Assembly (NCBI GenBank): GCA_963823665.1 | Contig: CAWGMQ010000007.1 | Coordinates: forward strand, 928,001-992,000 | Length of the DNA stretch: 64,000 nt | Reading direction: 5' to 3' | DNA from: an uncultured Planctomycetota bacterium | GTDB lineage: Bacteria > Planctomycetota > Planctomycetia > Isosphaerales > Isosphaeraceae | Part shown: one piece after another, positions 54,290-64,000 of the stretch | How the letters are laid out: the number at the start of each line of letters is the position of its first letter | Position numbering within the stretch: the stretch's first letter is position 1 | Position numbers and translations under genes: made by a program | The notes under the pieces: model-generated | Told to the model about the DNA's origin: nothing | What the model saw: only the letters and a program-made list of their open reading frames with translations | The model's database searches: none

Positions 54290-55531
54290 ATGGCGAAACG
54301 TCTTAGCACCAAGGAAATTCTCGAAGCGGCCCGTAGAGGTGGGGCGGCGAAGCCGGCTGAGGAAGCCGCGCCTGCTACGGAACCGGCCGAGGACGCCGCA
54401 GAGGCTGTGGCCGCGGCGGAAGCATCCGAGCCGGCGGAAGCGGCGGCGGCCAATGTGCCGACGCCGTCATCGCTGGGGAGGCCGCTGACGCTGAAAGAGA
54501 AGCTGGCGGCGGCGAGGGCGGGGGGTGCACCAGCACCAGCGCCTGCTGCTGCGCCTGCCCCGAAAGCGCCTGCTGCGGCCAAGGCGGCTCCGGTTGCGGC
54601 GGAAGAGCCGGCCGAGGAAGCCGCGCCTGCGGAAGCAGCGAAGACCGTACCGGCGCCTGCCAAGCCGCTGGGGCGGCCGATGACTTTGGCGGAGAAGCTG
54701 GCGGCGGCGCGCGGTGGAGGAGGCGGGGCGGCTCCGGCCGCGGCTTCCGGGGCGGCCAAACCGACGGCTGCCAAAGCGCCTGCGGCCGCGGCCAAGACGG
54801 CAGCGCGGGCCCTGCCGCCGCTCGAGAAGATGAGCGATCCTCGCGATCTGGCCGAGGCGGCTCGCCAGGCGTCTGCCAAGAAGGCCAAGGAGATTGCCGC
54901 GGAGGCGGCGGCGAAAGCACCGCCCAAGCCGGCCGCGAAGGCGCCGGCCAAGCCGCAGACCGTCCCGCCCAAGCCGACACGCGAGCTGGCCGGTGCCGGT
55001 GCGACGGCCGGGGCGCAGCAGGCGAGTCGCCGCAATTTCTTGACCAGCACCATGACATGGATCATCGCGGGCTGGTTCACGTTCACGGCGGCACTCTCGG
55101 CCATGACGCTGATGACGGTGCGGTTCATGTTCCCGAACGTGCTGGCCGAGCCGCCCACCACGATCAAGATCGGTCTTCCGTCGCAGTTCGATGCCGAGGA
55201 TGTCAGCGACCGGTACAAGGCCGAGTGGGGATTCTGGGTCGTGCGGTCAACCCGGTACAACGGACAGGACATCCTGTACGCGCTTCAGTCGATCTGCACG
55301 CACCTTGGCTGCCCGCCCAACTGGCTGGCGGCCGAGCAGAAATTCAAGTGCCCGTGCCACGGCAGCGGTTTTTACATCTCGGGAATCAACTTCGAGGGCC
55401 CGGCGCCCCGGCCGCTCGAACGGTTCAAGGTGTTGCTCGCCGACGACGGGCAGATCATCGTCGACAAGAGCCAGAAGTTCCAGGAAGAGCTGAAGCAATG
55501 GACTGACCCGGACAGTTTTATTCCGGTTTGA
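54290..55531 (+). CDS. Rieske [2Fe-2S] subunit with long Ala/Pro/Lys-rich N-terminus
   Basis: SRRNFL Tat-like motif, CTHLGC, CPCHGS, GPAPRPL. Confidence 0.92.
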   Translation: MAKRLSTKEILEAARRGGAAKPAEEAAPATEPAEDAAEAVAAAEASEPAEAAAANVPTPSSLGRPLTLKEKLAAARAGGAPAPAPAAAPAPKAPAAAKAAPVAAEEPAEEAAPAEAAKTVPAPAKPLGRPMTLAEKLAAARGGGGGAAPAAASGAAKPTAAKAPAAAAKTAARALPPLEKMSDPRDLAEAARQASAKKAKEIAAEAAAKAPPKPAAKAPAKPQTVPPKPTRELAGAGATAGAQQASRRNFLTSTMTWIIAGWFTFTAALSAMTLMTVRFMFPNVLAEPPTTIKIGLPSQFDAEDVSDRYKAEWGFWVVRSTRYNGQDILYALQSICTHLGCPPNWLAAEQKFKCPCHGSGFYISGINFEGPAPRPLERFKVLLADDGQIIVDKSQKFQEELKQWTDPDSFIPV

Positions 55532-55658
55532 TCTCGACCGGCTTGATCTCGATCGATTTGCGAAGAGTGTGAGCCGGCAGGGAGCTCGACTGCCCGGTTC
55601 AAAACGCAGCCGAGCAGAACATCACGCCTTGCAGGAAAGCATCCGAGAGAAATCGCCC

Positions 55659-56432
55659 ATGCGGATCATGGAATACATCGCGGAGACCCAGCTCTGGAAG
55701 AGTGTCTTCCGGCACCCGATGCCGACCGACCGGCGCAACCGGGTGGTGGTGATGCTCACCAACTTTTTCCTGCACCTCCATCCGGTGAGCGTGCGCAAGC
55801 AGGGGATCGCGCTTTCGTACACGTGGTGCATGGGAGGGACGACGTTCTTCCTGTTCATCGTCGAGACGGTCACCGGCGTGCTGCTGATGTTCTATTACCG
55901 GCCGACACTCGAGCATGCGTATAACGACATCCTGGCGCTGCGCGACGTGACCACGCTCGGGATCCTCCGCGAGCTGCATCGCTGGGGGGCGCACGCGATG
56001 GTGATTGCAGTCTGGCTGCACATGTACCGTGTGTTCTTGACCGGGAGCTACAAGCCGCCGCGCGAATTCAACTGGGGGGTCGGCGTGATCCTGCTGGTGC
56101 TCACGCTCTTGCTGTCGTTCACGGGTTACTTGCTGCCCTGGGACCAGCTTGCGATCTGGGCCATCACGGTGGGCTCGAACATGGCGCGGGCGACGCCGGG
56201 ACTGGGGGTGGAAGGCCCGGGGGCGTCGATGCTGGCGTTAAACGGCGTCAAGCTGATCACGCCGGCGTCGGACGCGAAGTTCGCGCTCCTGGGGGGCCGG
56301 GCCGTGGGCGAGATGACGCTGAACCGGTTTTACGTTCTGCACTGTGTGGCAATACCGCTGGCCGCGGCGCTGCTCATCATGATTCACTTCTGGCGAGTGC
56401 GCAAGGACGGCGGGATCAGCGGGCCGATGTGA
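55659..56432 (+). CDS. Cytochrome b N-terminal subunit (b6-like, split type)
   Basis: [45 protein letters not shown]. Confidence 0.92.
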   Translation: MRIMEYIAETQLWKSVFRHPMPTDRRNRVVVMLTNFFLHLHPVSVRKQGIALSYTWCMGGTTFFLFIVETVTGVLLMFYYRPTLEHAYNDILALRDVTTLGILRELHRWGAHAMVIAVWLHMYRVFLTGSYKPPREFNWGVGVILLVLTLLLSFTGYLLPWDQLAIWAITVGSNMARATPGLGVEGPGASMLALNGVKLITPASDAKFALLGGRAVGEMTLNRFYVLHCVAIPLAAALLIMIHFWRVRKDGGISGPM

Positions 56433-56457
56433 TTGCGGCGGGTTTGAGGCAATACTC

Positions 56458-58049
56458 ATGCATCATCCAGATTTGTCGGGACCAGTGCTGGCTGGGCTGG
56501 CGTGGTACTACCTGCTGGCCGCGATGATGAACGCGGCTGCCGCAGCCTATGTCGCATACGGCGAGATGGTCTCGCCGGGGGCATCGCGGCTGGGACTGGC
56601 GCCCAAGACACGGCGGATGCCGGGGTGGCTGGTCGGCAGCTTCTTCGCGCTATACGGCCTGGCGTTCGTGCTGGTTCTGTTTCGCGAGGCGCTGCCGGGT
56701 GCGCTCAAGGTTGTATACGCCTTGTGTGCGGCGGCGAATGCGCTCCTGGCCGTGTTCGCCGGTGCGGATGCCGCGCATTTCGCGGAGTTGAAAGCGCACG
56801 GCCACGGCGAAGGCGACCCGAGCAACCCGCCGAGCCTGGACGATCACCAGCCGGCCGTCGGGCTGGGGGGGCCGATCAATCGCACGCTCTGGACGCTGAT
56901 CTGGAGCGTGTGCGCCGTGATTTTCCAGGCGATGGGGATCACTTACCTGCTGGGAGGCGAGATCTTCCTGCCGCAGTTCGCGCGTGATGCGGTGGACTTC
57001 GTCGCCGGGCCGACCACGTTCTTCGTGGGGGCGACACTGGCCTTCGCGGCGTTCCTGCGGTTCAGGCGGTTCTTCGCCAACGGGCTGGTCGGGTGGGCGA
57101 TGGTGAACCTGTTCCTGCTCTATTTCGGTCTCTCCATGACCGACTACGATTTCCGCGACATCGTCACCAAGCCCGACAATGTGCCGATCGTCGGCCTGCT
57201 CATTCTGGTCGGATACTTCTACTGGTTTGCGCAGCGGCGGGCTGTGATCAACGACGCTCGGACTCGACCAGGGCCAGCCGACGCTCGAGCATCTCGAGCC
57301 GGAGAAGACCCTGTGCTGGCCCGACCTGGTTTACACCGAGCTGATCTGCATGGTCGTGTGGACGATCGTGCTGGTGGTCTGGGGGATCGCGCTGCGGGCG
57401 CCGCTCGAACAACCGGCCAGCTCCACGGTGGCGCCGAACCCTTCGAAGGCGCCGTGGTATTTCCTGGGTCTTCAGGAGATGCTGGTTTACTTCGATCCGT
57501 GGATCGCGGGCGTGCTGCTTCCCAGCCTGATCATCGTGGGCTTGATCGCGATTCCGTACATCGACACGAACAAGAGCGGCAACGGCTATTACTCGTACAA
57601 AGACCGCAAGTTTGCCTACATCACGTTTCAGTACGGGTTCGTGGTGCTCTGGGTCGTGCTCGATCCTGCTGGGCACCTTCCTGCGCGGGCCCAACTGGAA
57701 TTTCTTCGGCCCCTATGAGTTCTGGGACCTGCACAAGGTGATTCCGCTCAACAACGTGCAGCTTTCGGACATGCTGTGGATCCAGATGATGGGGACGTCG
57801 AAGCCCCAGAACTACTTCGTCCGGGAGTTTGCCGGAATCTTGATTGTTCTGGGCTACTTCCTGATCACGCCGTACTTGATGTACGTGTTCTTCTTCAAGA
57901 AGTATGCGAAGGAAGCGGGCATGCTTCGCTTCATCACGCTGTCGATCTTGATCCTGTTCATGGCGTCGCTGCCGATCAAGATGGTGTTGCGGTGGACGAT
58001 CAACCTGAAGTACATCGTGGCCATTCCCGAGTTATTCTTTAATATCTAG
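56458..58049 (+). CDS. Cytochrome b C-terminal (subunit IV-like) protein with extra TM helices (frameshifts near 57265 and 57660)
   Basis: WPDL, PNPSKAPWYFLGLQE (PEWY equivalent), IPYID. Confidence 0.8.
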
Positions 58050-58088
58050 TCGTTCTTCCATATCCAGGCGAACCGAGATTCAAACACG

Positions 58089-61000
58089 ATGCCGGCAACC
58101 GAGGAAACCTACAGACACCAACCGATCTTGCATCTGGTCTTCGCGATCTCATCGATCGCGATGCTGCTGGTGACGATCTGGATGGTGATGGCCGACCACC
58201 TTCGCCCCTGGAAGGGCGTCCAGCGCGAGTTTCAACGGGTCGAGCGGGAGAAACTCAAGGTGTCGGAGCAGGAGAAGCAGGAGGAGCTCGACACCAAATA
58301 CAAGAGCCAGCTTGACGGCATTGATGCCAAGATCGAGGCGGCGAGCAAGGCGGCGGAGGAGCATGCCGCGCGGCTGCGGACGGTTGATAACGAGCTCTCC
58401 ACGCTTGATGGCGATAAAGAGCGGCTCGACATGGCGAAGCGGTTTGCGAAGACGGAGCTCGACAGCAAGCGCAGTCTTTACGACGGCATGATCGACCGTG
58501 GGGAGGATCGTGGGGCGAGAGAGTATCTTGCGGGCGTAGTGGCCGATGCCGAGAAAGCGCTTCTGGACCGATCCAAGGACTTTGAGGCCGCGCTGGCCAA
58601 GTACGACGCCAAGAAGAACGAGAAGGAGACGCTGCTGGGCAATGTGACTGTGCTCGAGAAGGAGAAGGAGGGACTCCGGCGCGAGTTCGAGCGTGTGCAG
58701 CGGCTGATCAAGCAGAAAGACGACCTGTACGGGCTCGGCGGCATGTGGGCCAGTGCCAATGCGTTCCTCCGGGACCTGCCGGGCATCGACATCATGGCGC
58801 CGACCAAGATCCAGCAGATCAGCCTGCCCGAGCTCTTGATCAACTACAATTTCAAGGAAGTTCCTCGGTACGACCGCTGCCAGACCTGTCACCAGGGGAT
58901 CGACAAGCTCGGCTATGAAACGACAGCCGACGGCAAGGAGATGCCGACCGTCTACAAGACGCACCCGTTCTTCACGAGCGGTGCGACGTACATCGACCCG
59001 CGCGGCAAATCGATGAAGGCGGGACTTTACCTGGATGCGAACGGTCCGCACCCGATCAACAGCTTCGGCTGCACGATCTGCCACGCCGGCCAGGGATCGG
59101 GGACCGACTTCACGTTTGCCTCGCACACGCCCGACTCACTCAAGCAAGCCGAAGATTGGAAGAAGGACCACGGGTGGGAGGATTTCCACTTCTGGGACTT
59201 CCCGATGCCTCCCGACCGGTTCATCGAGTCGCAGGTTGCTTGAAGTGTCACACGCGGATCACGGATATTCCGCAGGCGACCAAGCTGCAGGCCGGGTATC
59301 AGCGGATTGCCAAGTTCGGGTGCACCGGGTGCCACCAGATCGGCGGCGAGGGAGCCACGGGAGGTCCGGACCTTTCCGACGAGCGCCAGGTCGGCCCCAA
59401 CCTCTCGCACATCGCGGCCAAGGATTCGAAGGACTGGGTGGTGAAGTGGATTGCCAACCCGCATGCGTTCCGCCCCGATTCGCGAATGCCGCGGTTTTAC
59501 GGGCTGACGAACAATGGTGCGGAGGAAGACCGGGCCAAGAACTTCGCGGAGATCTACGCGATCACGCACTACCTCTACGTCAAGAGCACACCGCCTCCGG
59601 ATTTCACCGATCCTCCGGCGGCGACAGACAAGGCCAAGGGCAGGGATCTATTCCTGCAGAAGGGCTGCCTGGCCTGCCATCAGCATCGGCCTTACACGGA
59701 TGAAGACATCCGGCGGCCCAACAAGCTGGCCGAGAAGAATCCGGCCTACAAGGTGGACGTGGCGCTCACATTCGACCCGACGACCTTCCCGCCCGCGGTG
59801 CAGCAGAATGCATTGGCTGATTTCGGGCCGAACCTCTCGAACATGGCCGCCAAGTTTGCGAGCAAGGGGCAGGGGCTCAAATGGCTCTCGAACTGGATCC
59901 AGGCGCCGGAGCGATATCACCCCAAGAGCTTGATGCCGAACCTGCAGCTCACGTCCGAGGAGGCAGGGCACATCGCGAGCTGGATCTTGTCGGGGACCGA
60001 GGAGTGGCCGGTGAAGGTGGAGGTGCTGCCGGCGGAAAGCAAGGAAGTGACGCGCGGCCCTGGACGAGCTGGTGAAGCTGTATGTTTCCAAGAGCGGCAG
60101 CTTCAAGACGGCAGACGGCAAGTCGATCGTCAAGTCGCTCAGCGAGCTTGACGAATTCGTCGAGAAGGAGCTGAAGCCCGAGGACAAGCTGTTGTACCTG
60201 GGCGAGCGGACGATCTCGCGGCTGGGCTGCTTCGGCTGCCACACGATACCCGGCTTCGAGAACGCCAAGCCGATCGGCACGGCGCTCAACGACTGGGGAG
60301 TGAAGAACCCGGCCCGGCTGGAATATGGACATATCGCCGAATATCTTGCGGACCAGCCTCAGGACACGGAGAAGGCTCGTGACGGCACCGATCTCTTCTA
60401 CCAGGAGAAGATCACGCACGAGACCCGGATGGGGTTCCTGTACCAGAAGCTGCACCGGCCGCGGAGCTATGACTACAAGAAGAAGAGCGAGAAATACAAG
60501 ACGTGGGACGACCGGCTGCGCATGCCCCAGTTTGCCTGGGCGAATGATCCCAAGGCGATCGAGGAGGTCATGACGTTCGTGCTGGGCTTGACCGGTGAGA
60601 AGGTCAATTCCAAGTACCTGGCAACCACGAAGACGACACCGGCGAAGACGGCCGTGGCGGAGGGAGCGAAGATCCTGAACCGGTTCAACTGCGACGGCTG
60701 CCACGTGCTGGAGATGCCCAAATTCAAGATTGCCAAGGGGACGAAGGTGGCGGAGGCCATGCCCGATTTCAAGGGCAACCTGATGTCTTCGTACAAGGGC
60801 CGCGCCAACGATTATCTGGCCGAGCTCGATCCGTCGCTCAAATATGACCCCACGAAAAAGCTGGGGGCCAATGAGATCGAGCAGGAGCTGGAGATCGGCA
60901 AGGATGACGGCGAGGAGATCACGATCGAGGGTATGCCGACGGGGCTTTCGGAAAACGAGCTGACCGTGCAGCTCTGGCAGCCGGTGAAGATCCGGGGGTA

Positions 61001-61823
61001 TACGTTCAGCGTGGCGGACAACCTCACGCTCGATCAGACGCGGATCGAGAAGACGCCGGGCAAGGGGGGCGATTTCCCGTTCCTGTACGCGGCGTATCAG
61101 AATGCTAACACCAACGCGCCGGTCGAGACGTTCTGGAACCGGCTGCCTCCGCCGCTGCTGCGTCAAGGTAACAAGGTGCAAACGCCGTGGCTATCGGCGT
61201 TCCTGCACGATCCGCACATGATCCGGCCGGCGGCCCAGTTGCGGATGCCGCGGTTCCATTTCGGGAAGGACGAGAAGGCGAGCTTCAAGGAGGCGGCTGC
61301 GCTGGCCAATTACTTCGCTGCGCGGGATCGGGCTCCGTTCCCGTATCAGTCGATTCCCGAGCAGACTCCGGCCTATATCGAGGAGCGGAAGAAGGCCCAT
61401 CCCGACTACCTCGGGGCGGGCTGGACCATGATGACCAACAAGGCCTCACCGTGCCTGCAGTGTCATGCGATCGGGCAGTTCAAGCCCAGCGGGGGGGCGT
61501 CGGTGGTGAACGGGCCCGACCTGCGGCTGGTTGCTTCGCGGTTCCAGCCGGGGTACCTGGAATCCTGGATTGCCAACCCGCGGCGGATGGTGCCGTACAC
61601 CGCCATGCCGCAGAACATCGCGCCGCACGGGGACATTCAGATTCAGGTTCCCAAGACGTTCGAAAACAAGCCCATCGACATGGTGCGGGCCGTTCGCGAC
61701 ACGCTGCTCAACTACGTCAATGCCGTGGAGCTTCAGCTTGCCTCAACAAGTGCTGCCCCCGTCCCGGCGGGCGGCTCGGCGGCGGCCGGAACGCCGGTCA
61801 AGGCGCCCGGCACTGCTCCTTGA
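58089..61823 (+). CDS. Large membrane-anchored multiheme cytochrome c, eight CxxCH (frameshifts near 59235 and 60060)
   Basis: CQTCH, CTICH, CLKCH, CTGCH, CLACH, CFGCH, CDGCH, CLQCH; N-terminal TM and coiled coil. Confidence 0.85.
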
Positions 61824-61894
61824 CCTTTGGAAACTCGTCCCAAACTATCGCGCCAGGGGGCAATTCAATTCCTGGTGCCATTCGAGGAGAGGCC

Positions 61895-62857
61895 ATGTTC
61901 ATGTTAGCTCATCTTTTTTCAGGCAAACGGGGATCTGTCGGGCTCGCCTCTGCGCTAATGCTCGCGGCCGGTATTGCCGGCTGCGGAGGGGGGACGCCGA
62001 CGGATTCGAGTGATGTCAACGTGGTGTTGCCGGAGCCGGGTGTGAACGTGTCGTCGTCCAAGGCGGCAGCGCCCGGCGCGGCTTCCGGGAACAATGCCGC
62101 TGCGGCATCGCCGTCCGCGGCGGCCCCGGCGGCGGCGGGGGCACCTGCTGTTGCTTCGGGGTGGGGAACGTTCAAAGGGCGGGTCGTGCTGGACGGTGCG
62201 GCGCCGTCTCCCAAGATTCTTCAGGACAAGGGCAAGGCGGAGAAGGACATCACGGTGTGTGCGGTCGACGCACCGATCGTGTCCGAGAAGCTCGTCGTCG
62301 ATGATGCCAGCAAGGGTGTCAAGAATGTACTGGTCTATTTCCCTCGGCCGTCGGCTGTCAGTGACGACGCCAAGAAGGCAAAGACTGGTAAGACCGTCAC
62401 GTTCGACCAGGCGAAGTGCATCTTCGAGCCGCACGTGCTGGGGATGATGGTGGGTGAGACCGTGGTGCTCAAATCGAGCGACCCCGTGAACCACAACGTG
62501 AACGTGAAGCTCAAGGCTTCGACGTTCAATCAGACGATCGCCGGGGGGCAATCGCAGAAGTACCCGCTCACGGGTTCCGAGCGGACCCCGGGCCAGGTTG
62601 TCTGCGATATTCACCCGTGGATGAGCGCGTGGTGGATGGTTCTCGACAATCCTTATATCACGGTGACGGACAAGGCTGGTAACTTTGAGATCAAGAATGT
62701 GCCTGCCGGAGCGCAGAAGGTTGTCGTCTGGCAGGAATCGGTGAAGGGAGGCGGCTTCGTGACGGCACCTTCGGGAGAAGAGGTCACGATCAAGGCCAAC
62801 GACACGACGGAGAAGGAATTCAAGATTGAGTCGAGCAAGCTGCTTCCCCCGAGCTGA
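61895..62857 (+). CDS. Lipoprotein with cupredoxin-like and carboxypeptidase-regulatory-like domains
   Basis: IAGC lipobox; C.FEPHV, HNV, CDIHPWM, GNFEIKNVPAG. Confidence 0.8.
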   Translation: MFMLAHLFSGKRGSVGLASALMLAAGIAGCGGGTPTDSSDVNVVLPEPGVNVSSSKAAAPGAASGNNAAAASPSAAAPAAAGAPAVASGWGTFKGRVVLDGAAPSPKILQDKGKAEKDITVCAVDAPIVSEKLVVDDASKGVKNVLVYFPRPSAVSDDAKKAKTGKTVTFDQAKCIFEPHVLGMMVGETVVLKSSDPVNHNVNVKLKASTFNQTIAGGQSQKYPLTGSERTPGQVVCDIHPWMSAWWMVLDNPYITVTDKAGNFEIKNVPAGAQKVVVWQESVKGGGFVTAPSGEEVTIKANDTTEKEFKIESSKLLPPS

Positions 62858-62922
62858 GGGCTGTGTCATGAGTGGATCGGTTGCTGTTGCGCGACGGTCG
62901 TGTAAGCTTGGGCACCGGAATG

Positions 62923-62957
62923 CACCCCCCCTGACCCCCCCTTTTAAAGGGGGGGAA
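62923..62957. repeat. REP-like palindrome
   Basis: CCCCCCTGACCCCCCTTTTAAAGGGGGG, same architecture as 10189-10221. Confidence 0.5.
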
Positions 62958-63049
62958 GTATGGCGCATGCTCCGCGGGAGGCTATTGGCGCTCGTTAGGA
63001 CTAACGTCTGCGACCAACCACGAGCCGGGTTCACGCGTCGGCTGATCGT

Positions 63050-63852
63050 TTGGCTCTGCGTGGCGATTCCGCTCTACGCTCCGTTTTCGGCTGCGGCGGC
63101 GGGTACCCCGGCGTGCTTGCTTGCTGGCCGCCGGCGCGGTCGGCCAGGCGGACACCGGGACGATCAAGGGGCGGTTGGTGTGGGGGGATGACAAGATCCC
63201 CGAGATCAAGGAGCTGGTCTCGAAGGGGCAATCTGACGTGAAGGATTCGGCTGTGTGTGCGACGTCGTCGATCAAGTCGCGCGAACTGGTGGTTGACCCG
63301 AAGACCAAGGGGGTTTCGTACGGGGTTGCCTACCTGCTCAGGCCCAAGGGAGATCGCACGGAGCAGGTGAAGGCGCTGCTGGCCAAGAGCCCGAAGGTCG
63401 AGCTCGATCAAAAGAACTGCGAGTTTCAGCCGTATGTTCTGCCGTTCCACAAGGACCAGAAGCTGGTGATCAAGTCGAGCGACCCGATCGGGCACAACGT
63501 GCGGTTCACGGGGTTTAACAATACGGGCGTGAACACGATGGTCGCGCCCAACGGCGTGTTCAACGTTCCCGCTCTCGAGGGCGAGACGCGCCCCATGAAG
63601 CTTCAATGTGATATTCACAATTGGATGACAGGTTACCTGCTGGTGCTGGACCATCCGTTCTTCGCGACCACGGCTGTGGACGGCTCGTTCGAGATCAAGG
63701 GTGTTCCGGCTGGAAGCCAGAACCTGATCGTCTGGCACCATACCGGGTATGCCAATCCGGGCCTGGGACGGGGAATGCCGGTCACGGTGAAGGCGGGTGA
63801 GACGACCGACGTGGGCGAGATCAAGATGGACCCGGCCACCAGGATCAAATGA
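63050..63852 (+). CDS. Paralog of the preceding cupredoxin-like protein (start uncertain)
   Basis: GTIKGR, CEFQPYV, HNV, CDIHNWM, GSFEIKGVPAG. Confidence 0.78.
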
Positions 63853-64000
63853 CGGCGACTTTCGTGGCGTTATCGGGTCGGCCGCGTGCTCCAGCTCATG
63901 GGTTTGCTCATCTTGCCGTTTGCGATTGCGTCGGAGCTCGATGGAGAAGGTGCACCTGGGGCAGTCGATGCTGATTGCCGCGGGGGGTGCTGTGCTCTTT
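63849..64000 (+). CDS. Small membrane protein, partial
   Basis: ATGA overlap with the upstream stop; hydrophobic sequence running to the window edge. Confidence 0.45.

Overview
GC-rich bacterial DNA whose gene content points to a Planctomycete (planctomycete extracellular motif, DUF4058-like and ECF-type genes; taxonomy is inferred). Many otherwise intact genes carry single-base frameshifts, most likely sequencing or assembly indels, so gene models were joined by hand and some boundaries are approximate. Left arm: argC, a six-domain-type operon (Hsp70, Hsp70-vWA, two FHA membrane proteins, prenyltransferase-repeat/vWA protein), DASS transporter, rarA, PIN toxin pair, ECF sigma, an apparent M14+S9 peptidase fusion, YitT, TlpA-like redoxin and a beta-helix protein. 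Middle (about 26.2-39.75 kb): an island flanked by a diverged duplicate of the beta-helix gene 3' end. It holds two HUH/Y1 (RAYT-like) transposase elements bounded by a 16-bp inverted end motif, an 11-copy stuttered array of one end, short non-coding units bounded by the same motif between co-oriented cargo genes and gene fragments, and a group II intron inserted exactly inside that motif. This integron-like arrangement is the best candidate for an undescribed system. Right arm: large BNR/Ig surface protein, sialidase-like protein, two transporters, PTS enzyme I, patatin, macrodomain protein and a Rieske/cytochrome b/octaheme cytochrome c operon with two cupredoxin-like proteins.
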